Below are positions 12,243 to 25,567 of a stretch of DNA of 64,000 nt, in pieces. A program made the translations under genes and the position numbers. The notes beneath the pieces were generated by a model. The model saw only the letters and a program-made list of their open reading frames with translations, was not told where the DNA came from and ran no database searches. Within the stretch, counting starts at the first letter, position 1; each line of letters starts with the position of its first letter. Source of the DNA: Octopus sinensis. Lineage: Eukaryota. The DNA is taken from the NCBI RefSeq assembly GCF_006345805.1, contig NC_043010.1, positions 10,912,001 through 10,976,000 on the forward strand, written 5' to 3'.

Positions 12243-13230
12243 TTATATATAAGGTAATTGAAGATTATTTGTCTCTAGATATGTAAGTTTTGTATGCTGC
12301 TGATTAGAATACAGAATGAATTCATAAAGAGCAAAATTATAAGAATGAAGTTAGCAACGTGTATTGTTAAATAGTTGCTGTACTATTGAAATAGAAAGAG
12401 AAATGGAACACAGTAAGTGATTTTAAAACTATTCACAGGGTAAAATCTGAATTCTGAAGAAAGTGGCCATATCTAAGGATGGTAACAGTTAGTCCATGGG
12501 AGAAGAGTTTGTAGAAGAGTTTGATTAGTTTAGTTGTTGTAAGGAATGAAGAACTTAATGTTTCAGAGCCATTGCACTTTGTGTGAGAGTGAAGACAAAG
12601 AGAATTGTTGTTGTTGTTGTTGATGTTTTAGTTATAGTTTAACAAACAAAACAGCAAAGCCATTCTCTTTCTCTTCCTCACTGTCAATTGAAGGATAAGG
12701 GACATAAATAACATGTTCCTCACCTCTCGTGGCAAATGAACCTATAAATGTGGTTCTATGAACTCTCCTATAAAAGATTCAGATTACTGACGGAAAAAAA
12801 AAAGCTTTGCCCCCTGCTGTCTCGGAAGAAATATATTAATAGGAAGGGCATCCAGCTGTAGAAACCCTGCCAGATCAGTTTGGAGCCTGGTGCAACCATC
12901 TGGTTCGCCAGTCCTCAGTTAAATCGTCCAACCCATGCTAGCATGGAAAGCGGACGTTAAACAATGATGATGATGATGATGAAAACAAGATAAAAAATTT
13001 ATGTAACATACTTGTTATGGTAACATGGTAGGGACATTATTTTGTAATTGTAGCAAAGAATATAGAAGTTGGAGGAAAAAGCAGAAGAGGAAGACTGGGA
13101 TAGATTATTGAACTTGAAGAAACATTATTGATGCAACAATCCAGGTAATGTCCTCATTTATGATTAAAATGTTATATACATACAAGCTAGCTATCTTCAA
13201 TGGAAGAAAAGCTAATTTTGATAATGTAAA

Positions 13231-13560
13231 TGGCATCTTGGGCAGGTGTCTTCTGCTATAGCCCCGGGCTGACCAATGCCTTGTGAGTGGATTTGGTAGA
13301 CGGAAACTGAAAGAAGCTTGTCGTATATATGTATATATATATATGAATGTGTGTGTTTGTGTGTCTGTGTTTGTCCCCCTAGCATTGCTTGACAACTGAT
13401 GCTGGTGTGTTTGCGTCTCCGTCACTTGGCGGTTCGGCAAAAAGAGACCGATAGAATAAGTACTGGGCTTACAAAAAGAATAAGTCCCGGGGTCGAGTTG
13501 CTCGACTAAAGGCGGTGCTCCAGCATGGCCACAGTCAAACGACTGAAACAAGTAAAAGAG
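13231..13560 (+). mobile_element. SINE family A, 5'-truncated
   Basis: Near-identical to 20310-20640. Confidence 0.8.
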
Positions 13561-13852
13561 TATATTGCATGTGGTGAAATACCCCACAAAAGATTCCTGA
13601 GAGGTAGGAGTATCATTAAATTAATTGAATTACAAACGATCAAATTAAAGAGACACCAGAAAACTAGTGACAATGAAAGATGTTCATTGATTGACAGAAA
13701 CCAAAAAAATACAAAAAAATACAAAGAAATGTGCAAGAAAACACAAGAACTGGAAGGTTGATTGTCTGTTTCTGAATTTGGATAACTTTGTAAGACAAGA
13801 ATCCTGACGCTTTTTAACAAAGTTCTTTGTTGGAAAGAGAAATAATTTTTCT

Positions 13853-14253
13853 AGGCATAGGTATGGCTGTGTGGTAAGAAGCTTGCTTCTCAACCACATG
13901 GCTCTGGGTTCAGTCCTACTGGGTGGTATCTTGGGCAAGTGTCTCCTACTATAACCTCAGGCTGACCAAAGCCGTGTGAGTGGATTCGGTAGATGGAAAC
14001 TGAAAGAAGCCCATTGTATATGTGTGTGTATGTGTGTGTGTTTATGTGTATGTGTGTCTTTGTATGTGTTTGTCCCCTCACCATCACTTGATGACCAATG
14101 TTGGTGTGTTTACATCCCCATAGACTGATAGAATAAGTACTAGGCTTGCAAAGAATAAGTCCTAAAGTTGATTTGTTTGATTGAAAAACTCTTTAAGGTG
14201 ATGCTCCAGCATGGCTGTAGTCAAATGACTGAAACAAATAAAAGAATAAAAGA
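13853..14253 (+). mobile_element. SINE family A, diverged
   Basis: Same head and tail as 20239-20645. Confidence 0.75.
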
Positions 14254-14631
14254 ACAAAGGGCCCTGAAGCATTTTATCTGTTGTCTCTAGATTTGGTTGT
14301 TAATTGTTATTGTTACTAAGAAATGAAGTTAGCAATGAGGGAGACCTATGTTGCTAGATGCCTCCATAGTTATCATATGCACAACTGCCCAACACCTGAA
14401 AATCGACTTTTTATTTATATATTCATTTTCTATTTCCTTATTTTTTGTTATCGTCAGTTTCGATGGTCGTAAGTTGCACAGGTCATAAGTCGAGGAGGTG
14501 TACATTAGAAATTGTGTCATCACATTTTAAAGATAGTAGAATGTGATTTGAGAGAGATTTAACTGGTAATTCTAGGAGTGGCTAGATGTAGAAGTAGCTA
14601 GACGCAGAAGTGGCTAGACACAGAAGTGTCT

Positions 14632-14967
14632 AGGTGCTGGAGTGGCTGTGTGATAAGGAGCTTACTTCCCAACCAAATGGATCCAGGTTCAGTTCCACTG
14701 CATGGCACCTTGGGCAAGTGTCTTCTACTATAGTGCTAGGCCACCCAAAGCTTTGTAAGTGGGTCTGGTAGATAGAAACTGAAAGAAGCCTGTCATATAT
14801 ATATATATATATAATTAAAATCACAATAAGGGTGAAAAAAATTGAATATTAATTAATAACATCAATTTAAAACACCAAGTGGCCTAGCGTATAAAAACTG
14901 GGATACAGTAAAAATTATTAATACAAATAATAAGAGAGAGACCACATGTGGTCTCTCTCTTATTACT

Positions 14968-15004
<37 letters not shown>

Positions 15005-15190
15005 TTGTATGTCTGTGTTTGTCCTCACATTACTGCTTGACAACAGAACTTAGCTGTTTGGCCAAAGAGACTGATGGAATAAGTACTAAGCTTACAAAGA
15101 ATATGTCCTGGGGGACGATTTGTTCGACTGAAGGTGGTGCTTCAGCATGGCCATGGTCAATTGACGGAAACAAATAAAAGGATAAAAGAA
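14632..15190 (+). mobile_element. SINE family A with an AT-rich hairpin element inserted in its (TA)n tract
   Basis: Head 14632-14793, insert 14815-14972, tail 15000-15190. Confidence 0.7.
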
Positions 15191-16947
15191 AGAATAAAGG
15201 TCTAACAGCTATGTACACATCCTTTTGTTAGTCCAACTAGACTTAGTACATTTAGTACAAATACTATTAAAGTAGTTACAGTGCTTATTTTTCAAATAAA
15301 CTTGGTGAATATAACAAGTAAGAGATTCTGTTTAATTCAAATAACTTTGTTCCTTACAAGAAATTCTTCATATGTCAAATCAAAAATAAAGTAAATAATA
15401 AGATTTAGTAGCTTTAAACTTTAAATATTTTATAGGAAATAATTAACATTTCAGTCTGCGAGAAACATAAATTTTAAGGAAGTTTCATACTTCAGAAAAG
15501 CCAAGTAAAATATATTTATACATGTTGTAGATGTTTGGTAAGTGAATAAATGTTAACATGTATTTTTGTGCAGTTTTGTGAATGTGTGTGTGTGTGTGTG
15601 TGTGTCTGTGTGTCTGTGTGCCTGTGTGTGCATGTGTGTGCAAATATATATAAATATATATGTGCATATTTGTGTGTGTGTGTGTGTGTCTGTGCGTGTG
15701 TGTGTGTCTGTGTGCCTGTGTGTGCATGTGTGTGCAAATATATGTAAATATATATGTGCATATTTGTGTATGAGTTTCTCTGTGTGTGTGAGAGAGTGTG
15801 TGTGTATAGGTATGTATACACACACACCACACACACACATATATATATATATACACACATATACATGCATGAATATATATGAAGATGTCTAAACATTTAC
15901 AAATGTTCAAAATTTTGTGCAATTAAAAGTTTAAAAAATTCCAAGACATTTCAATACCGAATTTCTTCAACTTTGATATTTCCAAATTAATTGAATTTTC
16001 TTTATTTCATGTTTTATACTGAGATAAACTCTGTATAAGCAACAGCTAAACCATATAGAGAGTAAATCTTATTAAGTTTATAAAGTTGCTAAACTAACTT
16101 TTCCAAAGTATGTTACATTAGAAATAAATATGAAATTTTAAAGAAGCCAGTCTAAGTATCTATTGATATATATATATGAATATGTATGTATATATGTATG
16201 TATGTACGTACACACACATATATATGTATATATATGTATTTGCATGTGTCTATATATATGTGCACATGTGTGTGTGTGTATGTAATTTTAAATAAATGTG
16301 TGTATGTCTGTCTGTATATATATATATGTGTATGTAAAATGTATAATGTATAATCTATGTGTATGTTTGAGTAATGTTTGGGTATGATATATTTTTTCTT
16401 TCTGTTTATTAATCTTATTTGCCTTATTAATCAATATGTGCTGAAGGGTAAGTCAGATTGTTAAAAATATAGTGAAAAGCAAACTGCTTTTAGTTTGATA
16501 AAGATAGAGATGGAGGTTTGTTTTGTTACATAATTCCAGTCAGCTCTGAGAAAAGCTATATTTTATAAGTATCTGCTTAAATAAAAATAATTGGTAATTT
16601 TTTTTTTTTTTTTAAGCTATACACAAAGCTGTTTCTATTATGAGGTATACTGCTATTGTATAGAATACTGTCATCTGGCTTAGGACCGAAAGTATATAGT
16701 CAGCTTCTTAGAGATGGCTGGTCCCAAATTTGTCTTCATCTATTACTGTATCTATAAGAAAATCACTTGATTTCATAAAAAGCAGAATCATATTAAGGAA
16801 GCTAGTCATATAACAAAATAGAGAGTGTTCCCTGACAGAGGCTTTGTTGTCACATTAAACAAGAAGTCCTTATAATTAGCATTAATTATCATAAATTATC
16901 ACTAATCATCATTGCTTTAGCAAACATTTAAAAACATTGGTCTATAT

Positions 16948-17290
16948 CAACGTTTCTCAACTGGGGCTCCCCAGAACCCTTGGGTTCCACAAAAGGTTCC
17001 TAGGGGTTCCATGAGAAAGTGTGAGATAAGCTGATGCTAATTCATGATCGTAATATTCCTAAACATGCAAAACGTATTACTGGTTATTGTAATATTGCAA
17101 TATACAGGTCTAGCAGCTATGTACAGATCCTTTTGTTAGTCCAACTAGACTTAGTACATTTAGTACAAATACTATTAAAGTAGTTGTAGTACCTATTTTT
17201 CAAATAAACTTGGTGAATATAACAAGTAACAGACTCAGATTAATTCAAATAACTATCTAACATATTATGTTATCAAAAACATATAACAAC

Positions 17291-17366
<76 letters not shown>

Positions 17367-17460
17367 TTAGGGAGCATAACTCCAAACTTACAGGGAAAAA
17401 TTCAAATTAGTATGAAATCAAATTTCACAATATAATTTACATAATAATGGTTTTTCTCTA

Positions 17461-17526
<66 letters not shown>

Positions 17527-17601
17527 TCTTGTGCAGGGGTTCCTTGAGACATGTAATTTATTTTAAGGGTTGCGCAAGGGTAACAGGGTTGTGAAACACT
17601 G
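16948..17601. mobile_element. hAT-type MITE with internal insertions
   Basis: TIRs caacgtttctcaac / gttgtgaaacactg; perfect 8-bp TSD GTCTATAT at 16940-16947 and 17602-17609; gggttcc motifs as in 8073-8292. Confidence 0.8.
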
Positions 17602-18436
17602 GTCTATATGGACAAGTTTTCAGTAAGGGATATTATTGTTTTTCTCACTTCATTACAGCAATTTCTTACGTTCTTAGATTCATAGACTTCCTTTAGCCTT
17701 CAATATCTTTTCAAGCCAATCCAAGAACCTTTACATGGTCAATCAGCTGTTTGAAATAGCACCCAAGTCTCACTCAAATCACACTTCACCATCTTAAAAT
17801 AAAAAGCATCACTCCCATTAAAATATGTTACTCTGGATTCTTTTGCATGATGGAAAAACGACGGGTTGGTCATGGCTGGAATACTTTTGATCTTAGTACT
17901 ATATAATCACATCTCACTAAAAAGCAATAATAAACATTTCTTCGTGTGTGTATCTATGTGTGTGTATGTGTGCATGTCTGTGTTTGTGTGCATATGTGTG
18001 TACACATATACACACACATATATATATCATCATCATCATTGTCATCATCATCATTGTCATCATCATCATTATTTCAATGTCCATTTTGGCATGCTTGCAT
18101 GGGCCGGACAGAAATTCCTTGAAGCAGATTTCCTATGGACTGATGCTCTTCAGTCACCAAACTTCCCCTGTTTCAAAGCAAGATAATATTTCCCTATGAT
18201 CAAACATATCTATTTAGAAGATTTGAAATGAATAACGCTTCCTGTATGACAGTGACACCAATTTCTAATAATTATGTGTGTATATATATATATATATTTA
18301 TTTTTGTTTTGTTTTGGTGTCTCGCTATGCCATATACGACTATGAGGATTTACCTTCCCAATGAAACTTGTTTTTTCCCAAACTTTTTCTCAAATCTGCT
18401 ATAATGTAATATATGTCTTTGGTGTGGTAATTGTAC

Positions 18437-18523
18437 GCAGCTGAAGAAGGCTGTTGACCTACATGTTATATCAATTATGCATTGATATAAATTGTTCAAT
18501 AAAGCCAGAAACATATGTACCGC
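18437..18523 (+). ncRNA. Type I hammerhead ribozyme, slightly degenerate
   Basis: Stem I GCAG/CCGC (1 mismatch); CUGAAGA 18441-18447; stem II GGCU/AGCC (A-A closing mismatch) with inner 10-bp UUAUAUCAAU/AUUGAUAUAA; GAAA 18508-18511; palindrome ACAUAUGU; GUA site. Confidence 0.7.
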
Positions 18524-18571
18524 AAAATCCTTTGCATCCTGTTTTTCTTTTGATAAATATATTTATATATA

Positions 18572-18677
<106 letters not shown>

Positions 18678-18916
18678 AGATATATATATGTATGTATCTA
18701 TGTATACACACACACATTCACAATAACAATTATTTAATTGATTAATTATTTATAAATACATATAACTCCTGTGTTCATTAAATGATATCTAGCCATACAT
18801 TTATATATACATACATACATACATATACATGTACGTATATGTATAAGGTCACTCTCTTCCTTTACCTTCCTAACCTCTCCTAACAGCATTACTTGGTTGT
18901 CTTTCTATACTATATA

Positions 18917-18955
<39 letters not shown>

Positions 18956-19172
18956 ACACACACACATGCATATATATATATCTATATGTGTGTATATGTA
19001 TGTATGTATCAATACATTATAGCTATTGTATTTTGGATATCTTCAGAGGAAGGAAGTATTAATGAAAACTGTTTAGGTAAAAGAGAATATATATCACAAT
19101 ATAAATAACAAAAATAGATGTGTGTATATATATATAGATATATATATATGAAAAAGAATATGAATAACTACA

Positions 19173-19258
19173 GTCTGTCTGATGAATTTATATTTTTTTG
19201 TCATTTTTTTCTTTTTTTTTTTTGGAAGAATGTCATAAAGAGAAACGATTTTATAGAC
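19173..19258 (+). ncRNA. Degenerate hammerhead ribozyme
   Basis: Stem I GUCUGU/AUAGAC; CUGAUGA 19179-19185; stem II UUUAU/AUAAA; GAAA. Stem III is decayed (ACGAUUUU). Confidence 0.45.
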
Positions 19259-20238
19259 ATTGGACAATTTTAGAGTAAAGTAGAAATTGTTATTACCAAG
19301 ATATTATTATCAACAGACAAAAGAACTGTTGAATTGAAAGGTGGTTCCTTAGTATTTACAATTTTCTCAATTTACTGCTTATCTCTATACAGTACCTACT
19401 AAAAAACAATTCTCTCTCTCTCTCTCCCTTTCTCTTTTTCGCTCTCTCTCATCTTTTCTCTCTCTTTCTCTTTCTTCTCTGTTAGACAAGTATACTGAGG
19501 CAGAACAAAGCTGTCTTCCCAAAGGGTCAATTGACAATAGAACAGTGAACGTACCAACACAAATTGTATCATTTCATGCACAAGGATATCATTTGAAAAT
19601 ATCAAGAATCAATAGATTCCCGAGGAAACATTACTGCTTTTGATAAAAATTCATCATCGTTAGCATCGCTGTATTTTGACAAAAGAAAAGTGCATCCCCC
19701 CCACCCCCCCGCCTCCTCGCTGCTTATCCCCCAATTCACCTCCCAACAAAAATCTTAAGAAAATAAGAAAAAAAAAAGAAGAATGATTTTAAAAAATGTA
19801 ACATCATCATAAAAATCTACCATCAGTTCTATCATTAAAATCCCCTACATCCCTGCAACTCTTGCCTCACATGATTCTCATTATCTTCGTTATGATGAGA
19901 GTGATCGTCATCATCAACACCATCTCGATTATTCTCACCTCTTCCTTCACCCTTTCCTCCTCCCTAACCTTTATCATTATCTCCATCATCATCCTTGTCA
20001 TCACCATCAGCGTGCTCGTCATCAACATTCTTGATAATTCTCATTGCAATCATCATCATCATCATCATGATTGTCATTACTATCATCAACTTCATCATTA
20101 TTCACATCACCATTAACATTGTCACCTCTTACATTCCAATCCTTATCCTCCACCTCATCATCACCGTCACCTGATGATGATGATAATGAGGTTAATGAGG
20201 GCAAGGAAGAGAAGGACAATTATAGTATCTTTACCATA

Positions 20239-20645
20239 GGCGCAGGAGTGGCTGTGTGGTAAGTAGCTTGCTAACCAACCACATGGTTCCGGGTTCAGTC
20301 CCACTGCGTGGCATCTTGGGCAAGTGTCTTCTGCTATAGCCCCGGGCCGACCAAAGCCTTGTGAGTGGATTTGGTAGACGGAAACTGAAAGAAGCCTGTC
20401 GTATATATGTATATATATATAAGTGTGTGTATGTGTTTGTGTGTCTGTGTTTGTCTCCCTAGCATTGCTTGACAACCGATGCTGGTGTGTTTACGTCCCC
20501 GTCACTTAGCGGTTCGGCAAAAGAGACCGATAGAATAAGTACTGGGCTTACAAAGAGTAAGTCCCGGGGTCGATTTGCTCGACTAAAGGCGGTGCTCCAG
20601 CATGGCCACAGTCAAATGACTGAAACAAGTAAAAGAGTAAAGAGT
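20239..20645 (+). mobile_element. tRNA-derived SINE family A, full-length copy
   Basis: A-box/B-box head (tggctgtgtggtaag...ggttcagtccc), internal (TA)/(TG) tract, gtaaaaga tail; many near-identical copies in the window. Confidence 0.85.
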
Positions 20646-20928
20646 AGTGGCATCAGGTAGCATAGTATACCTCTGTCACTTTCAACATATTTTTAATTAG
20701 TAAAATTCTCAATTTTTTAACTATATTCATAAAAGTAGAGTCTGTGGGTCATTGACATAAGTAACAAAACAATATTGAAGCAACTGAAGATAATAGCACT
20801 GTAAACAAATAAAATAGCTCAAAAATTAAAATTAATTCAGTTTTACCTCAAGATGTACTTGGATATGTAGACAATCGTCCATCTTGTCCTTTGCAGGTTT
20901 TTAAATATTTTAGATGTACTTTGTAAAT

Positions 20929-20932
<4 letters not shown>

Positions 20933-20977
<45 letters not shown>

Positions 20978-20986
20978 TATGTATAT

Positions 20987-21029
<43 letters not shown>

Positions 21030-21064
21030 GTATATATGTATAATATATAATGTATATTACATAT

Positions 21065-21096
<32 letters not shown>

Positions 21097-21370
21097 GTAT
21101 ATATGTATAATATATAATGTATATTACATATATATATATAAATATATATATATATGTATATATGTATAATATATAATGTATATTACATATATATATATAC
21201 ATAAATATATATACATATATATATTATACATATATACATATATACATATATATATATATATAATATATATACATATATATATACATATATATATATACAT
21301 ATATATATATGTATATATATATGTATACATATATATATATGCATATATATGTATATATATATATACATAT
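20933..21370. repeat. (TA)n-derived compound microsatellite with a higher-order unit
   Basis: gtataatatataatgtatattac recurs three times. Similar TA-rich tracts at 41180-41590, 42135-42390, 47880-48070 and 62850-63320. Confidence 0.9.
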
Positions 21371-22476
21371 AGAATCTTTTCATTTTGAAAGCCAGATTTT
21401 CCTAGTTAACTAAACAATTTGAAACTTTGTATACTGGTAGAATGTGTTAAAAGAAAACATAATTGTAAACCAAAATGAAAACGGAATTGTAATTTCTAAG
21501 TTTAACATTTAATAATTCGAATTTTAACCAATGATATCCTTTCTTTCGACTTCATATCAATTACTGCCTCTCAAAATATTGTTACTGTGACGTAAACAGC
21601 TATTTTGTGACGTAGTTAACGTAAACATAAAATGTAAACATACGCTTATCGTAACTAAACACTTTCAAACTTCGTGGAGTATATATAAAATTTGTGCAGA
21701 TCCTAAATAGCTAAATTCTTTTTGAAAGTCTTAGTATATATAAAATGAGTGTTTAAATTATTTTCCATTATTTGCATTGCTTACACACACACACACACAC
21801 ACACACATACACACATACTAAAATTACATCGTTGGAGCAGTAATTTATTTATGTATTTTTTGTTATACGATTTATTTTTAAGCTGAATCCCTATCCTGCC
21901 ATTAACCTCTTTCTTATAAAATAGTTGAAGAATCTGGGGTGTAGGAATTGGGCCAGTATTGGAACTTTTAACTTCTTGCTCTCTATCTTATGATCTCCGA
22001 AATTTAAGAATCTTGTGTTAACTGGGCTCTTATTATTTACTCTGACTCTGCCACCACCTCAATGCAAAGACTATCAATATCAGAATCATCTTCACAACCA
22101 CCACTACAACCATTACTACAACCTCCAATGCCACCACCACAACCATCTTCTGCAACCACAACCCCAAGATCAATACCTGCATCATATTCAAAATCACCAA
22201 TTTCACCACCACTACACTCTGCAATGTCTTCAACACTACCATCCATGAGACATCCTAACATAATAAATGCTACTACTACTATCATCATCATTATCATCAT
22301 CATCCACTCCCAAGGCTTTGGTTGGCCTGAGGCTATACAAGAAGACACTCGCCCAAGTTGCCACTCAGCAGGACTGAACCTAGAACCATGTAGTTGTGAA
22401 GCAAGCTTCTTATCATACAACCATGTCTGCAATATATATGTATGCAGGGGAATGGTAGAAGCAAATAATTTTATTA

Positions 22477-22600
22477 CATAAATTTACAATTGTTTCATCA
22501 ATATTCGATCCAAAGTGTATTGTAACATAATTTATACAACAATAGATTCCTGAGATATCATCAGGCTGATACAATTGAACATCAACTCTTCAGAGTTATG
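22477..22600 (-). ncRNA. Type I hammerhead ribozyme, weak stem I
   Basis: CUGAAGA; stem II GUUGAUGUUC/GAAUAUUGAU (10 bp with G-U pairs); GAAA; palindrome ACAAUUGU; GUA site. Stem I CAUAACU/AAUUUAUG is imperfect. Confidence 0.65.
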
Positions 22601-22737
22601 TATATATTCATTTTCTGACTGCTTTTCCATAGTAAATAGAAAGTATTGAAGCATGAATGCAATGTATTTAGGCTACAAGCCTATCAAATTTAGGGACTTT
22701 TTGCCAGAAGCTAAATGAAACTCTCTCAGTTGTTTAA

Positions 22738-23530
22738 CTTTTTAGCTTTCAGATTATTTAGTCAAATGTAATACTAATTCATTCACATTATTTTGAACTA
22801 ATCATGCTTCATCTTGTAGCTCTGAAATTTTAATTCTGTTGTTTCTTTTTTCTATTTCTAGAATTATATTGCAGGGTAGAGTGAGAGGTCAGGTGTGGCC
22901 AGTTTGAACATAAAACAGGAAGAATATTTGAGTTGGATATAGTTGGTTTAACCCTTTTGCATTCAAACAAGCCATATCTGGGCCAAATATTTTATCTGTC
23001 TTTATGTCGAAATTGACCAGATCTGGCATTTCACACCTATCCTACAATGTTTATGTTTATCCTAAACATAAATAGCCACATCATCAAAATTACAAAACTA
23101 TGAGATATTACATGATTAATTTGAAACAACGTAGATTAAATAAACATTACAGTTGATAGATGCGTGAAGGTGCATGGCTCAGAGGCTAGAGCATTGAGCT
23201 TACGATCGTGGGGTTGTGAGTTCGAATCCTGGACTGGGTTGCATGTTGTGTTCTTGGGCAAGACACTTTATTTCATGTTGCTCCAGTTCACTCAGCTGTA
23301 GAAATGAGTTGCGACGTCACAGGTGCCAAGCTGTATCCGCTTTTGCCTTTCCCTTGGATAAAACAGGTGGCATGGAGAGGGGAGGCCGGTACGCATGGGC
23401 GACTGCTGGTCTTCCATAAACAACCTTGCCTGGACTTGTGCCTAGGAAGGTAACTTTCTAGGTCATGACCGAAGGGGGTCTCAACAGTTGATAGATTAGT
23501 CTGAATGCTAAAGGGTTAAATACTAAAGGA
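22738..23530. mobile_element. Nested piggyBac-type (TTAA) MITEs: inner copy 22952-23515 inside an oppositely oriented outer copy
   Basis: Inner TTAA|cccttttgcattca...tgaatgctaaaggg|TTAA; outer TTAA|ctttttagc...tactaaagga|TTAA; body similar to 54414-54633. Confidence 0.7.
23162..23483 (+). mobile_element. tRNA-derived SINE with a 13-bp TSD
   Basis: B-box gagttcgaatcc; TSD ACAGTTGATAGAT at 23149-23161 and 23484-23496; relative at about 5260-5585 (-). Confidence 0.85.
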
Positions 23531-24346
23531 TTAAGATACATAAATCATAACGAAGTACTAAATCATGGTCTCAAATGTACCACAGAACTGCTTCCCTATA
23601 TTTATCTTGAGCTGAACAGATATTCATGCATATCCCTTGGTTTTATTCCTGCTGTCATGAATAGTTTCCAGAGGAGGAAGTGGGGAGGAGGGGGAGGAGG
23701 AAGTGGAGGAGGAGGAGGAGGAGGAAGGGGAGGAGGCGGAAGGGGAGGAGGAGGGGAGGAGGAAGAGGGGAGGAGAAATTGGTTGGAGATTTACGCCAAA
23801 GTTTCTGAGATGTTTATGTCTCTTATGCAAATAATTTCATGTTATGTCATCAAAGTCATCATATTCTCTCCTTGACACACACAATGTAAATACATTCAAC
23901 TATAGCCAGTGAGATTTTAAATTATAATTGTGATTCTGTATACAGAGTCACTAAACTTATGGTTGTCATAGAAACACACAAGGTACATTTAATATATTCA
24001 AAAAAAAAAAAAGAAAAAAATATTTGCAGAGCCAGAACTCAGTATGATCTTTAACTTAACTACTATGCAGGATAATTTGGTGACTTTAGTTCTGGCTACA
24101 GCTGAATAACAAAAATGTCTTGACCCACCTAAGAAGTAACCAATTCTATATTAGACTATATGCTTAGCTTACGTTAGCTCTATATATCTTATCTAATATG
24201 TTCCAATCCAACTTGACTAAAACTGTTTCTGTTAAAGAGCTGAAATTTCAATTCCCTCTGTAGACTGAAATACAAAACAATCTTTTCAGGCGCAAGCCTG
24301 AAATTTGTTGGGGTGAAGATTGGTTGATTATATCAACACCAGTTCT

Positions 24347-24790
24347 CATCATCATCATCATCATCATCGTTTAACGTCGGTTTTCTGCGCTAGCACGGGT
24401 TGGATGGTTCGACAGGGGTCTGGGAAGCCAGAAGGCTGCACCAGGCCTCAGTCTGATCTGGCAGAGTTTCTACAGCTGGATGCCCTTCCTAATGCCAACC
24501 ACTCCGTGAGTGTAGTGGGTGCTTTTTATGTGCCACCGACACAGGTGCCAGACGATGCTGGTGAACGGCCACACTCGGATGGTGTTTTTTTGTGCCACCA
24601 ACACAGGTGCCAGATGAGGCTGGCACACGACCACGCTCGGATGGTGTTTTTTACGTGCCCACAGCATGGAGGCCAGTCGATGCGGTACTGGCTACAGCCA
24701 CGTTCAGATGGTTTTCCTATGTGCCACCGGTACTGATACCACAAAAATACAATTTCCATTGATGTTCATCGATTTTGATTTGATTTGATT
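24347..24790 (-). mobile_element. Retroposon family C, long copy
   Basis: (CAT)n tail at left, 3-4 internal units, (ATTTG)n at right. Confidence 0.75.
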
Positions 24791-25225
24791 TATTTTATTG
24801 ACTCTGAAAGGATGAAAAGTAGAGTTGACCATGGAGGAATTTGAATTCAGATCGAGAAGATGGTTGAAATGCTGCTAAGCATTTTCCCCAGCATACTAAT
24901 GATACTACAAGAACACCACCTTAAAGAGCTAAATAATAATAACAATAATAATCATAATAATCATGGAAATAACATATTCCAGATATTATGCCAGCATTCT
25001 GAAATACTAACAGTAAAGATGTAATACAAACATACACCAAAAATGCAGGTCTTAAAGAATGTAAAGGTTACCATATTTTAGGATGTACCAATTCCTACCG
25101 TTATTTCATTGATCTCTATTAGTTGAAAGCTAAGTTATAGGACATAAAATGATACAACATCGATAAGATTGTTTTGTAAGTCCTACATATAAACACAGAC
25201 ATGGAGACCCTCACATACAAATTTT

Positions 25226-25567
25226 TCTTCTTCTTCTTCTTCTTAGCACTCCGTCGGTTACAACGACGAGGGTCCCAGCTGATACGATCAACGGAACAGC
25301 TTGCTCGTGAAATTAACGTGCAAGTGACTGAGCAATCCACAGACACAAGTACCCTTAACGTAGTTCACAGGGAGATTCATCGTGACACAGAGTGTGACAA
25401 GGCCGGCCCTTTTGAAATACAGGTACAACTCATTTTTGCCAGCTGAGTGGACTGGAGCAACGTGAAATAAAGTGTCTTGCTCAAGGACACAACGCATTGC
25501 AGGAATCGAACTCACGACCTTACAATCGTCAGTCGAATGCCCTAACCACTAAGCCACGCGCCTTCAC
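25226..25567 (-). mobile_element. tRNA-derived SINE with a (GAA)n tail
   Basis: Head like 23162; 3' half shared with 59826-60008. Confidence 0.8.

Noticed and set aside
18995-19050. Minus-strand CTGAAGA followed by a tatc/gata hairpin
   Set aside because: GAAA and the cleavage arm are absent.
20239-20310. tRNA-like A/B boxes here and at 23162, 53797 and 60208
   Set aside because: These are SINE heads. No complete cloverleaf is evident and each continues into a repeat body.
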